Source: an uncultured Candidatus Saccharibacteria bacterium
GTDB taxonomy: Bacteria > Patescibacteriota > Minisyncoccia > Phycocordibacterales > UBA6899
DNA length: 64,000 bases
Assembly (NCBI GenBank): GCA_964386905.1
Contig: CAYLUP010000001.1
Location: forward strand, 109,660-173,659
Direction of reading: 5' to 3'
The notes beneath the pieces are model-generated. The model was not told where the DNA came from and did no database searches. It saw nothing but the letters and a program-made list of their open reading frames with translations. The position numbers and the translations under genes are program-made. Shown one piece after another: positions 19,564 to 29,840 of this stretch. The first letter of the stretch is position 1, and each line of letters opens with the position of its first letter.

Positions 19564-20481
19564 TTATTTCTTTCCTTGATGCTTGTGACTTAATATCATA
19601 TAGGTCAATATGAGAGTTGCAAGCGTGGCTGTAGTAATAAACCAAAATCCATATTTCATGCCATGAATTGGAGATCCACCAGCATCCACAAGCAAGAGGG
19701 TCGCAAGAAGTGTTGAGAGAAAGATGGGAACAGATGCAACAGTAAGTGCACGCATGGCCGTATTTGTTTTTGCGGCAAGCAGAGAGTCGTTTGTTGAGCG
19801 GAGTGCGTTGACCATCTCCTTTCTGTCTTCGAGTTTCTCTTCAACTTTTAAATATTCCGACATGAGTTTGGATGCCCAATGATGGAAGTCACCATTAAAT
19901 AGCACAGACGCATGTTCTTCAAGCGTGCGTAATACTGTTTTGTGGTGGCGCAGGGCACGGTTATATAGCAAGACATCGCGGTGAATCTTTGAAAGCTCTT
20001 CAACCATATATTGTTCTTTGCCGTGGAATATTCCATCCTCGGCTTTTCCAAGACGTTCCCCAATATGAGAAAGCGAGATAAGGGTAGAGTCGTAGAGTTT
20101 TCTGAGAAGGAAATACAAAAAGTAGCCAGCGTGATTGAGTTCCGGTTTTGATTCTAAGATGGCATCGAGTTGAAATGATTGAACAAAGGTATTTTGTGGA
20201 TCGTGATCATCGTATCGAACGGTTATAAGTTCATTTCGAAGTAATACAAAGTCAACTTCGGAAAGTGCCCTGTCTCTTTCTACGGTGAGGACAGGGAAGT
20301 GAAGAACGAGATAAAGTATTTCCCCATATTGCTCTACTCGTTGTCGAAGCGATGGCATGAGAAGGTCTTCGCAAAGGAGGTGGTGGAGCTGAAATTCTTC
20401 GCGAATAGCGGAGATATCGTTTAGCGTTGGCTTGTGAATATCTATCCATGTGATATCTCCAATAGTGTGTCTTTGTATCAT
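19564..20481 (-). CDS. CorA-family divalent cation transporter (no GMN motif)
   Basis: WIDIHKPT, F.LHHL..ED, R.RVEQY, EVDFVL, two C-terminal TMs. Confidence 0.8.
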   Translation of the reverse strand: MIQRHTIGDITWIDIHKPTLNDISAIREEFQLHHLLCEDLLMPSLRQRVEQYGEILYLVLHFPVLTVERDRALSEVDFVLLRNELITVRYDDHDPQNTFVQSFQLDAILESKPELNHAGYFLYFLLRKLYDSTLISLSHIGERLGKAEDGIFHGKEQYMVEELSKIHRDVLLYNRALRHHKTVLRTLEEHASVLFNGDFHHWASKLMSEYLKVEEKLEDRKEMVNALRSTNDSLLAAKTNTAMRALTVASVPIFLSTLLATLLLVDAGGSPIHGMKYGFWFITTATLATLILTYMILSHKHQGKK

Positions 20482-20539
20482 AATATAGAGTATATCATGG
20501 AGGTTTGACTGATTCTTAAATATTCCCCATAATAGGGGC

Positions 20540-21868
20540 ATGAAAGATACCCTCGCAAGGCTGTATTCAAAAACAGGTACATATATCTTGTTTGGCCTCA
20601 CAATATTTGTTGTAGGTCTTCTTGTTGGATATTATCGCGCACCTGAGGTGAGTAAAGTTGCTGGCATTATTAATGCGACCCCGGACATTCAGCAGTTGGA
20701 AGCCTCTGGAACTGTCTTGAAATGCACAGATGCGCTTGGGAATGATGTTTCTTGCAATGAGACGGAAAAAGTAAAAGATAGAATCTTAACAATCCCATCT
20801 CATTCTGTCGCTGACTTTAATCAATTTTGGAGAGCGTGGAATTTGATTAACGAGCGATACGTGCCAGTAAAGGGAGAAGAGATTTCTCAGCAAGAAAAAA
20901 TATGGGGAGCCATTGCAGGCCTTGCTGATTCACTCGGAGATCCATATACATTTTTTCTCCCACCAAAAGAAAAGAAGCTTTTTGAACAAGACGTTGCTGG
21001 TTCATTTGGTGGAGTCGGGATGCAGATTGGAATGAAAGATGGCGTCCCTACGGTTATTTCTCCTTTGAAGAATTCTCCTGCAGAGCGAGCAGGAATTATG
21101 TCAGGAGATAAAATTGTTGAAATAGATACAGAAACAGTCAAAGGACTTTCAATTGACACTGTTTTGTATAAAATTCGTGGGGAGATCGGAACAAAAGTTG
21201 AAATCGCACTCCTCCATGCAGACCAAACAACACCCTACCGTGTGACTATTACTCGCGAAGAGATTAAGGCGCCAACACTAGAGACCGAGAAAAAAGACGG
21301 GGTGTTTATTATTCGTCTCTTTAGTTTCTCTCAGACCGCAGGAGAGCTCTTTGCCGACGCAATTACCGCATTTCAACAGTCCGGAACAAAAAAGCTTATT
21401 GTGGATTTACGCGGAAATCCCGGAGGATATCTAGAAACATCCGTTGATATCGCGTCTTGGTTTCTTCCCGCAGGTAAAATTGTTGTAGAGGAGAGTGGTC
21501 GCGGAGAACATTATGCATATCGAAGCTACGGCCATCCGGGTCAAGTAAAGGATGCAAAAATTGTAGTATTGGTTGACGAAGGGTCAGCTTCCGCGTCTGA
21601 AATTCTAGCTGGAGCACTGCAGCAGCACGGAATTGCAACTCTTGTTGGTACGAAAACATTTGGAAAGGGAAGCGTTCAGGAGCTTATCCCAATTACAATG
21701 GAAACCTCACTTAAGTTGACTGTTGCTCGATGGATTATGCCAAACGGGAAAACGCTCACTGATGGCGGGATTGATCCTGACATTGACGTTCCAATGACAA
21801 AAGATGATGTTGAAAAGGGGAAAGACCCCCAACTGATTCGTGCTTTAGAGTTTTTAAACGATCGATAA
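20540..21868 (+). CDS. ctpA: S41 carboxy-terminal processing protease
   Basis: GDPYT, PDZ domain, DLRGNPGG, SASASEI, TFGKGSVQ. Confidence 0.92.
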   Translation: MKDTLARLYSKTGTYILFGLTIFVVGLLVGYYRAPEVSKVAGIINATPDIQQLEASGTVLKCTDALGNDVSCNETEKVKDRILTIPSHSVADFNQFWRAWNLINERYVPVKGEEISQQEKIWGAIAGLADSLGDPYTFFLPPKEKKLFEQDVAGSFGGVGMQIGMKDGVPTVISPLKNSPAERAGIMSGDKIVEIDTETVKGLSIDTVLYKIRGEIGTKVEIALLHADQTTPYRVTITREEIKAPTLETEKKDGVFIIRLFSFSQTAGELFADAITAFQQSGTKKLIVDLRGNPGGYLETSVDIASWFLPAGKIVVEESGRGEHYAYRSYGHPGQVKDAKIVVLVDEGSASASEILAGALQQHGIATLVGTKTFGKGSVQELIPITMETSLKLTVARWIMPNGKTLTDGGIDPDIDVPMTKDDVEKGKDPQLIRALEFLNDR

Positions 21869-21988
21869 ACGTACACGATAGTGTGCGTTTTTGCTTGCGA
21901 AAATGTTTGCTTGTGATATGATGCGTATTACCACTAAAAGCCCCGTGGACGTTTTATTTTGTCCCGGTTTAAGTAATTAAAGAACAAT

Positions 21989-22432
21989 ATGAAGGTAGTA
22001 TTATTACAACACGTTCCAAAGGTCGGTAAAAAATATGAGATCGTTGAGGTCGCACCAGGATATGCACGGAACTTTCTTGTTGCACGCGGTCTTGCAGAAG
22101 CAGTCACACGCGCAAATGTCGCACGTGTTGAGGAGTTGAAGAAGCGCCGCGCTCTTGAGGTTACGAAGGAACATGCACGCATGGAGAAGGCCGCAGGCGA
22201 GCTTGCTGGGAAAAGGATTGAAATTTCTCGCGAGACGAATGAAGAAGGGGGTTTGTACGCACAGATTTCTCTCCATGATATCGCACAACTCATTGAGGAA
22301 AAGACCCAAGTTGCTTTGCCAGTACACCATATCCATCTCGCACATCAGGTGAAGACGACTGGTGAACATGCCGTAAAGGTGGAGTTCGGAGAAAAGACCG
22401 TAGAATTCACCCTTGTCGTAAGCGCAGCATAA
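21989..22432 (+). CDS. rplI: 50S ribosomal protein L9
   Basis: MKVVLLQHVPKVGK..EIVEVAPGYARNFL. Confidence 0.96.
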   Translation: MKVVLLQHVPKVGKKYEIVEVAPGYARNFLVARGLAEAVTRANVARVEELKKRRALEVTKEHARMEKAAGELAGKRIEISRETNEEGGLYAQISLHDIAQLIEEKTQVALPVHHIHLAHQVKTTGEHAVKVEFGEKTVEFTLVVSAA

Positions 22433-22485
22433 AAAACACGTAAATGACGTGTTTTTTTGTATGTTGGACGTGCTATTGACAGAAT

Positions 22486-22636
22486 TAATTGACATGATAT
22501 AATATAAACAGTCGGGGTTTTGTACCATCGTGGTACAGTTACCCTAAAGCTCTTCAATGCAGCCCTGCATAACACATGATGTACTGTGTGGGGCTGGTCG
22601 CACCACTTACTGGTGCTCACAGGCCAAGGAGGCCAC
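22486..22636 (+). promoter_or_regulatory. Structured 5' leader with SD, preceded by a sigma70-like promoter
   Basis: ttgacagaattaattgacatgatataat just upstream, three hairpins between 22514 and 22625, aaggagg before ATG 22637. Confidence 0.55.
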
Positions 22637-23704
22637 ATGTTCAAGAACATCATTTTCGCGATCATCTTCGCGGTGATCGGGTCCATGAGCCTTCTGGCTC
22701 AGCCGAGCACCACGAGTGTTTCGGCCGGTGTCACCGACATTCCCGGGGCCTACCAGACCCTGGATGACATCACCGCCGCCTACAAGGCCGGTCACCTGGA
22801 GTACTACACTCCTCGTGACCCGCGTGGAAAGAACGTGAATGCCCCGGACGGGAAGAGAATTCTCGCCGCTCCCATGGGAAGGCTCACGTTCGCGGAGCTT
22901 CAGATCTTGGGCGGAAAGGCTTGGGTCGCAATCAAGCCGACGGATATCGTCCGTCGTCTTGCGGGCCGAACCACGCCTTTTGCTCTCGACTGGTGTGGGA
23001 ATCGGATCTATCGGATCGCATATCCGAATCCTCTCCCCACGCGTGAGCTGCCTCCTCCGGTCAAGCCCGAAGCTGGAACTGTCACCGTGAACAACGATGT
23101 CAATGTTCCAGTGCAGCCTGTCACTGAGGTGGTTGAACAAGGAGGAGATACGGTTGTCAACAATCGTATCACTCTCCCGGCCGCTTCTGCTCCCGTGGTC
23201 TACAGGAAGGGCAACGTAACGGTGAATAACCGCATCGTCGTTGCTCCCCCCCAGACTCAGGTTGGGCCTCCGGCCCCCGCCACTGTCGTTCGGCCGCTGC
23301 CTCCTCCCATCGTCGCTCCTTCGAGTGACCAGATGGGTCCGCAGGCTCCGCGCCTGCAGGTTCCTGCTCCCGCGCCCTACCAGCCTCAGCCCTACACCCC
23401 TGTGGTGAAGAAGGGTTGGTCGACCGGAACGAAGATCCTGTTTGGTGTTGGCATTGCTGGCGGTGCCTACCTTCTCTCCAAGGCCTTCAAAAAGGAAGAC
23501 AAGAATGGCCCCCCGAGCGGTGATACGCTTGGAGAGGGTGGCGCTCCCTCCGGTGGCCTTGCTGCCCCTCTCAAAATGGGGAGTGGCGACGCTGCGCTCC
23601 TGCGGAGCATGCAGGGGCAGGCATTTCGGCCTGGGTTCAACCCCGCCGAGTTCGCCGCCGCTAATGGCCGCGGTGTATATATTAGCATCGGCCGTCGGTT
23701 TTAG
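22637..23704 (+). CDS. GC-rich secreted proline-rich orphan protein
   Basis: SD aaggagg, signal peptide MFKNIIFAIIFAVIGSMSLLA, strong C/G third-position bias, terminator 23752-23779. Confidence 0.8.
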   Translation: MFKNIIFAIIFAVIGSMSLLAQPSTTSVSAGVTDIPGAYQTLDDITAAYKAGHLEYYTPRDPRGKNVNAPDGKRILAAPMGRLTFAELQILGGKAWVAIKPTDIVRRLAGRTTPFALDWCGNRIYRIAYPNPLPTRELPPPVKPEAGTVTVNNDVNVPVQPVTEVVEQGGDTVVNNRITLPAASAPVVYRKGNVTVNNRIVVAPPQTQVGPPAPATVVRPLPPPIVAPSSDQMGPQAPRLQVPAPAPYQPQPYTPVVKKGWSTGTKILFGVGIAGGAYLLSKAFKKEDKNGPPSGDTLGEGGAPSGGLAAPLKMGSGDAALLRSMQGQAFRPGFNPAEFAAANGRGVYISIGRRF

Positions 23705-23917
23705 ACGGCCGCAGGCAAAACGCATGAGGATTTTCCCTCTGCTAGTACTATCAACCCCCGTGTTACGGCATGGGGGTTTTGGTTTTATATAGTTGACAGA
23801 ATAATATAATCTGGTATAATATATTGCATATCACGATATTTCCTTGTAGAACTTGGAATATCTGTGAAAGGTATTATTAATACGCCGAAAGGCACAGAAC
23901 ACAACAAAAAAATTATT

Positions 23918-26446
23918 ATGTCTACACTCAAGAAAATTTCAGCACTCTTTGCACTTGCTGCTGCTTTCTTCCTTGCGGGAACGCACGGAGTATTTGCTGC
24001 AACATGTGACTCTGCATTGCTTAATGGGTACGTCAATCCAAATGGCTATCCGACTCAGGCGTGGTTCGAATACGATACCAATAGTTCTGATGTTTCAAAT
24101 GGAAATGGAACGAAAACTGCGAAGCAGACTTTTTCTGTTCCTTCATATTATAAGCAATCAATCACCGGGCTTTCAGAGAATACTACATACTATTACCGAG
24201 CTGCTTTCTCTAATCAGGCTGGTACTGCGTATGGCAGTGTAAAGTCATTTCAGACACTCGATTGTTCAGATCAGGGTGGTGATGCACCAGAAGTAACAAC
24301 AAATGCAGCAACAAATGTGCAGGATACTTCTGCAACGTTGCGCGGATATGTTGATGTAAACGGATCAGATGATACGGTTCGCTGGTTTGAGTGGGGTCGC
24401 TCTTCTAGCGATCTTGATCGGACAACGAGCCGCATATCGATGTCAGATTCGGGGAGTGTTTCTGTGTCGATTTCAGACCTCTCACCAAATACTCGCTACT
24501 ACTTTCGTTTACATGCAGAGAATGACGCAGGTTCAGACTCTGGAAGTACACTATCCTTCACAACTTCTGATGATGGTGGATCAGATGATGATTTACCCGA
24601 AGCCCGCACTCGGTCTGCATCAGACATTGATGAAGATTCAGCAACACTCAACGGATATATTGATACAAATGGAACAGATAACGTAGAGCGTTGGTTTGAG
24701 TGGGGCCGATCTTCTTCAGATCTCGATCGCACAACTTCTCGCTCAACAATTTCAAGCTCACGTGATGTGTCAGCGTATATTTCCGGACTTGACGAAGATA
24801 CAACGTACTACTTCCGTGTTGTTGCACGCAATGACGCAGGAACTGTGCGTGGAAGCACGTACTCATTCCGAACTGACGATAATGGTTCAGGTGATGACGA
24901 TGATCTTCCTTCAGTTTCGACACGATCAGCGACAAACATCAATTCAACTTCTGCGACATTGAATGGGTACGTGAATACAAATGGGACTGATGATGTGGAA
25001 CGTTGGTTTGAGTGGGGGCGTTCTTCCTCAGATCTTGATAACACCACATCCCGAAATTCGATTGGATATTCCGGTGATGCATCGGCATATATTTCCGGTC
25101 TGAATTCAAACACAACCTATTATTTTCGTATCGTAGCTCGCAATGATGCTGGCACTGTGTATGGGTCTGTATATTCATTTACAACACGCGGAAGCGGTGG
25201 TGGTGACAACGGAGACGCTCCAATAGTGACAACACGATCTGCAACATCTGTTACAACCAATACTGCGACACTCAATGGACACGTCGATGCAAATGGTGGT
25301 TCAGATACATCTGCATGGTTTGAGTGGGGGACGACAGAGAGCATGACAAATGTCACAACACGTCGCAATCAGGGTGATTCGTCAGCAAATATTTCTGCTG
25401 CTCTTACTGGCCTTCGTGCAGATACTGTGTATTATTTCCGTGCTGTTGCACAGAATAGCCGTGGCACGTCGCGTGGAACAATGTATACATTTACCACAGC
25501 ACGCTCTGGTGGCGGTTCACAGGGGCAAGTTCCGACAGTGATCACAACGCTTCCGACGAATATCACAGGATATTCTGCAACATTCAACTCCTTGATTCTA
25601 CAGAGTGGAAACTCATCATCAGAAGCATGGTTTGAGTGGGGATCATCTGAGGCCCTCGGACGTCGAACATCAACAAAGAGTGTTGGCTCAGCACCTTCTT
25701 TGCGTCATACAGAGACAGTGAACGAATTGACGCCGGGTGTAACATACTATTACCGTATCGTTGCGGAAAATCAGTATGGTCGTAATTATGGAACACTTCA
25801 GAAATTCGTTACTCGTTCTTCTGTCGTAACCCCACCACCAACACCTAAGCCAACTCCTAAGCCAATACCAAAGCCAGTTCCGGTTCCAACACCAAAACCA
25901 ACTGTGGTATACGCTGAAGGGGTGAATAGCTTGGTTATGTTGACGATTGTTGGCGAAGAAGAGGGTGTTTCTAAAAATGAACAACAAACCTATACGATTA
26001 CATGGCACAACAAAAGCGAACAGACATTGAAAGATGTTGTCTTGCGTATCATGATTCCAGCACAGTTGTCGTTTATTAGTGCAGATGATGGACAATACTC
26101 AACAACAGATGGTATTCATACACTTGAACTAGGAACCCTTAAGGGCTCTGAGACAGGTGAATTGAACATTGTCTTGAAGGGAAGTCAGGTATTGGTCCCA
26201 GGTGACCTTATTGTAACAACAGCAAATCTTGTCTATACAGATGAGTCGAATGTACAGGGTGACGCTCTCGCATATGTAACGCAGCGCGGTGAAGCCGGTG
26301 GGTCAGTCCTCGGTGCAAGCGCAGCAGGAGGAGCATTCCCATATGTTCTCTTAGGTTGGCTTCTCTTAATTATTCTTCTCATCATCTTGGTTATCTTGAG
26401 TCATCACTTATACAAGCGATTATCTCAGAAGAATACGCAAGCGTAA
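23918..26446 (+). CDS. Large surface protein with tandem FN3/Ig-like repeats, Pro-rich linker, DUF11-like domain and C-terminal TM
   Basis: Signal peptide; about six ~100-aa repeats (SATLNGYV...WFEWG...L...TTYYFR.VA.N..G...G....F.T); TPKPTPKP linker; TM anchor. Confidence 0.88.
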   Translation: MSTLKKISALFALAAAFFLAGTHGVFAATCDSALLNGYVNPNGYPTQAWFEYDTNSSDVSNGNGTKTAKQTFSVPSYYKQSITGLSENTTYYYRAAFSNQAGTAYGSVKSFQTLDCSDQGGDAPEVTTNAATNVQDTSATLRGYVDVNGSDDTVRWFEWGRSSSDLDRTTSRISMSDSGSVSVSISDLSPNTRYYFRLHAENDAGSDSGSTLSFTTSDDGGSDDDLPEARTRSASDIDEDSATLNGYIDTNGTDNVERWFEWGRSSSDLDRTTSRSTISSSRDVSAYISGLDEDTTYYFRVVARNDAGTVRGSTYSFRTDDNGSGDDDDLPSVSTRSATNINSTSATLNGYVNTNGTDDVERWFEWGRSSSDLDNTTSRNSIGYSGDASAYISGLNSNTTYYFRIVARNDAGTVYGSVYSFTTRGSGGGDNGDAPIVTTRSATSVTTNTATLNGHVDANGGSDTSAWFEWGTTESMTNVTTRRNQGDSSANISAALTGLRADTVYYFRAVAQNSRGTSRGTMYTFTTARSGGGSQGQVPTVITTLPTNITGYSATFNSLILQSGNSSSEAWFEWGSSEALGRRTSTKSVGSAPSLRHTETVNELTPGVTYYYRIVAENQYGRNYGTLQKFVTRSSVVTPPPTPKPTPKPIPKPVPVPTPKPTVVYAEGVNSLVMLTIVGEEEGVSKNEQQTYTITWHNKSEQTLKDVVLRIMIPAQLSFISADDGQYSTTDGIHTLELGTLKGSETGELNIVLKGSQVLVPGDLIVTTANLVYTDESNVQGDALAYVTQRGEAGGSVLGASAAGGAFPYVLLGWLLLIILLIILVILSHHLYKRLSQKNTQA

Positions 26447-26511
26447 CAAAAATACACCGAAAGGTGTTTTTTGTTTGTTCTATTCAAAAAAATAAACACG
26501 CGAGTGCGTGT

Positions 26512-26787
26512 TTATTTTGCAATGTATGCCATTTTGTGGCTCTTGCGATTGCCATCAAAACCAATCTTGCGAACAGTCTTGAATTTCACAGTACCATCCT
26601 GGACTGCGAATAAGGTGTGATCTTTGCCCACTTTGACACCCTCACCGGCAACGACGCGTGTGCCGCGCTGGCGAACAATGATGTTGCCAACGATAGCCTT
26701 CTGCCCGTCGTGGAGCTTAACGCCAAGATATTTTGGCTTTGAGTCGGTGAGGTTCCGCGCGGTACCTCCGGCCTTTTTGGTCGACAT
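26512..26787 (-). CDS. rpmA: 50S ribosomal protein L27
   Basis: [32 protein letters not shown]. Confidence 0.97.
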   Translation of the reverse strand: MSTKKAGGTARNLTDSKPKYLGVKLHDGQKAIVGNIIVRQRGTRVVAGEGVKVGKDHTLFAVQDGTVKFKTVRKIGFDGNRKSHKMAYIAK

Positions 26788-27038
26788 GGTGTGTTGGGAT
26801 TATGAATAATAAGCGCCGTGCACTCACGGTGCTCAACGTGCTGATTAGTATAACAGAATGTTGAAAATAATCAAGTGATTCATTCACATCTCGGAAATAA
26901 AAGTAGCACATAATACCTTTCTTTACATTTTGATAATTTATTAGTATAAATTGACACTCCATGAGGCCTTGTGTATACTTACTACGCATTCCAAACTAAA
27001 CATTTGGGTAATTTATTACTCATATTTAAAGCATCCGC

Positions 27039-27359
27039 ATGAAGAAATACACGAAAAAGTCAATTCATTCACCAATCGAAAATACCCTTCAGGTGATCGG
27101 GAGCAAGTGGACCGTACTCATTATCCGCGAGCTCATGGATGGAACTCGTCGTTTTGGCGAACTTGAGCGCGCACTTACTGGTATCAGCCCAAGGACACTC
27201 TCAATGCGTCTTGGTGATATGGAAGGGCATGGAATCATCGAAAGAAAAGTATTTCCTGAGGTCCCCCCACGTGTAGAATATAAACTTTCACCACTCGGAA
27301 AATCTCTCGAACCAGTCTTGAAAACCCTGTCACAGTGGGGACAGGAACTCAAAAAATAA
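27039..27359 (+). CDS. HxlR-family wHTH regulator
   Basis: IGSKWTVLIIREL..G.RRFGEL...GISPRTL, PPRVEYKLS; promoter ttgaca-17-tatact at 26951. Confidence 0.92.
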   Translation: MKKYTKKSIHSPIENTLQVIGSKWTVLIIRELMDGTRRFGELERALTGISPRTLSMRLGDMEGHGIIERKVFPEVPPRVEYKLSPLGKSLEPVLKTLSQWGQELKK

Positions 27360-27412
27360 CCGAATGGTTATTTTTTGTTGCGCAAGATCGAAAGTCTGTG
27401 TATGATGCGTGC

Positions 27413-28513
27413 ATGTCATTGTCTATTGGAATTGTTGGCCTTCCAAATGTTGGAAAATCAACGCTGTTTAACGCTTTAACAAAAAAAGGCGCAGAAACTG
27501 CTAATTACCCTTTTTGTACTATTGACCCATCTGTGGGTGTAGTTACTGTTCCAGATCACCGTTTGTGGAAACTTGCAGAATTTTCTCGTACACAAAAAAC
27601 GGTTCCTGCCATTGTTGAATTCGTAGACATTGCAGGTTTAGTGAAGGGTGCGTCTGAGGGACAGGGTCTCGGAAATAAGTTTCTCGCAAATATTCGAGAG
27701 ACAGATGCGATCGCGGAGGTTGTGCGTATTTTTGAGGATAGCGACATTATTCACGTTGATGGAAAAATCGATCCTGTATCAGATGTCGAAGTAATAAATA
27801 TGGAGCTTATTCTTGCTGATCTTCAAACTGTTACTACGCGAGAACAAAATATCGGGCGCGATGTGAAGCGGGGAGACAAGGTCGCGATAAAAGAAAATGC
27901 AATATTAAAGAAGCTTCGGGTGATTCTAGAATCTGAGCATTTGGCGAATACCATACAATTTGAGGATGAGGAAGAGGCTCGTATTGCAAAACAGCTCAAT
28001 CTCCTAACCCTAAAACCATTCTTGTATATTTTGAATAAGAAGGCCGGAGGAAAGAATCTTGACGAAATGCAGGACCCTCGTTTTGAAAAGCTCATATCTT
28101 ACCTTAAGGAACGAAAAGCACAGTATTGTATTGTCGACGCTCGAATTAGCGAAGAGTTAAATGCGTTTGAGGGTGAAGAACGTGCAGAATTTGCGAAAGA
28201 ACTTGGTGTTAAGGATGATGGTATTGATGTCCTTATCAGGGCGGGGTATGAGCTCCTTGGTCTTGTGACATATTTTACGACGGGCGAAAAAGAAACACGC
28301 GCCTGGACGATTAAAAAATATTCAACAGCACCAGTTGCGGGTATGGCAATCCATACGGATTTCAAGGATAAATTTATTCGTGCAGAAGTCATCGAATGGG
28401 ATACGCTGCTTGCCGCCGGATCGTATGGAAACGCACGAGAAAAGGGGCTTGTACGCACAGAAGGAAAGGAATATATTGTACAAGATGGAGATGTCATTGA
28501 ATTTAAGATTTAA
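27413..28513 (+). CDS. ychF: Redox-regulated ATPase YchF
   Basis: [51 protein letters not shown]. Confidence 0.97.
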   Translation: MSLSIGIVGLPNVGKSTLFNALTKKGAETANYPFCTIDPSVGVVTVPDHRLWKLAEFSRTQKTVPAIVEFVDIAGLVKGASEGQGLGNKFLANIRETDAIAEVVRIFEDSDIIHVDGKIDPVSDVEVINMELILADLQTVTTREQNIGRDVKRGDKVAIKENAILKKLRVILESEHLANTIQFEDEEEARIAKQLNLLTLKPFLYILNKKAGGKNLDEMQDPRFEKLISYLKERKAQYCIVDARISEELNAFEGEERAEFAKELGVKDDGIDVLIRAGYELLGLVTYFTTGEKETRAWTIKKYSTAPVAGMAIHTDFKDKFIRAEVIEWDTLLAAGSYGNAREKGLVRTEGKEYIVQDGDVIEFKI

Positions 28514-28611
28514 CACACGAGAATGTCTTGTGTGTTTTTTGTTATACACAGTATGGAAACATGATATGCATGATATACTATGGGCAGCATTTACATTGTG
28601 CTTCTTTACCC

Positions 28612-29838
28612 ATGTCTTCACCTCGTGTACTTATGCTTGGATGGGAATTGCCGCCACACAACAGTGGCGGTCTTGGCGTTGCCTGTGAGGGGCTGACGAA
28701 GGGCCTTGCGGACCTTGGTGTCCAGATTGATTTTCTCTTACCATTTGCTGGAGTTGATGATACGCATCCCTATATGCGCGTACATGCAATGGTTAATGCA
28801 GCGGTAGCAGACAAGGAGACACTTGCACAATATGCGCGCCTGCTTGCATCCCCATATATGTCTGAAGAGGAATATGCGACTTTAATCCAGAAAACTCCCG
28901 GGCTATCGCTATATGGTGCGTCACTTTTTCAGCTTGTTGAGCTTTTTGTGGATTATGCCGAGAGAAAATCACGAGACCTCTCTTTCGATGTTATTCACGC
29001 GCATGATTGGTTGACATATTTAGCCGGTATCCGTATCAAGGAGCGTACAGGAAAACCTCTTATTGTACATGTTCATGCAACAGAATACGACAGGACAGGG
29101 GACAATCCAAACCCCCGTATAAAAGAAATTGAACTTCTCGGCCTTCATGTTGCAGATGCTGTGATTACTGTCTCTGGACACACAAAAAAGATCGTTGCAA
29201 CCAAATATCATATCGAAGAAGACAAGATTTTTGTCGTTCATAATGGAGTTTTGCCTATTCATCCTGTGAAGCGTCTTCCCCCTGCCATTGGCCTTCTTCG
29301 CGCTCAGGGTTATCATATTGTTCTTTTTGTCGGCCGCATCACTATACAAAAGGGGCCAGAATATTTTTTGTATATGGCTCAAAAAGTGTTGCACTATATT
29401 CCAAAGACTGTTTTTGTTGTATCTGGATCAGGGGATATGGAACACCAAATGATGACGCTTGCTGCGTCTCTCGGGATTAGCCAAAGTGTAATGTTTGCAG
29501 GATTCCTTCGCGGGAATGAACTCATGGAGGTGTATGGTGGATCAGATGTGTACGTCATGCCTTCCGTTTCGGAGCCATTCGGAATTACCGCTCTCGAAGC
29601 AGCACAACATGGCTCTTCACTCCTCCTTTCAAAACAGTCTGGTGCGCGAGAAGTTATTGGTGGTGCATTTGTTGCAGACTTTTGGGATACCGATGAAATG
29701 GCAAATATTGTTGTAAATATTATCCGAAGTCCTGGGCTTCGAAAGACCATTCGTGACCACGCGAAAGAAGATGCTGCACGTGCGACTTGGGATCTCGCAG
29801 CAGAAAAAACCTTAGCAGTCTATTCACGATACTCATAA
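28612..29838 (+). CDS. Glycosyltransferase family 4 (glycogen-synthase-like)
   Basis: GWELPPHNSGGLG, HAHDWLT, GRIT.QKG, PSVSEPFGITALEA. Confidence 0.9.
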   Translation: MSSPRVLMLGWELPPHNSGGLGVACEGLTKGLADLGVQIDFLLPFAGVDDTHPYMRVHAMVNAAVADKETLAQYARLLASPYMSEEEYATLIQKTPGLSLYGASLFQLVELFVDYAERKSRDLSFDVIHAHDWLTYLAGIRIKERTGKPLIVHVHATEYDRTGDNPNPRIKEIELLGLHVADAVITVSGHTKKIVATKYHIEEDKIFVVHNGVLPIHPVKRLPPAIGLLRAQGYHIVLFVGRITIQKGPEYFLYMAQKVLHYIPKTVFVVSGSGDMEHQMMTLAASLGISQSVMFAGFLRGNELMEVYGGSDVYVMPSVSEPFGITALEAAQHGSSLLLSKQSGAREVIGGAFVADFWDTDEMANIVVNIIRSPGLRKTIRDHAKEDAARATWDLAAEKTLAVYSRYS

Positions 29839-29840
29839 TT

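Noticed and set aside
22607-23725. 372-aa antisense ORF
   Set aside because: Shadow of the GC-rich + strand gene, which has the SD, signal peptide and terminator.
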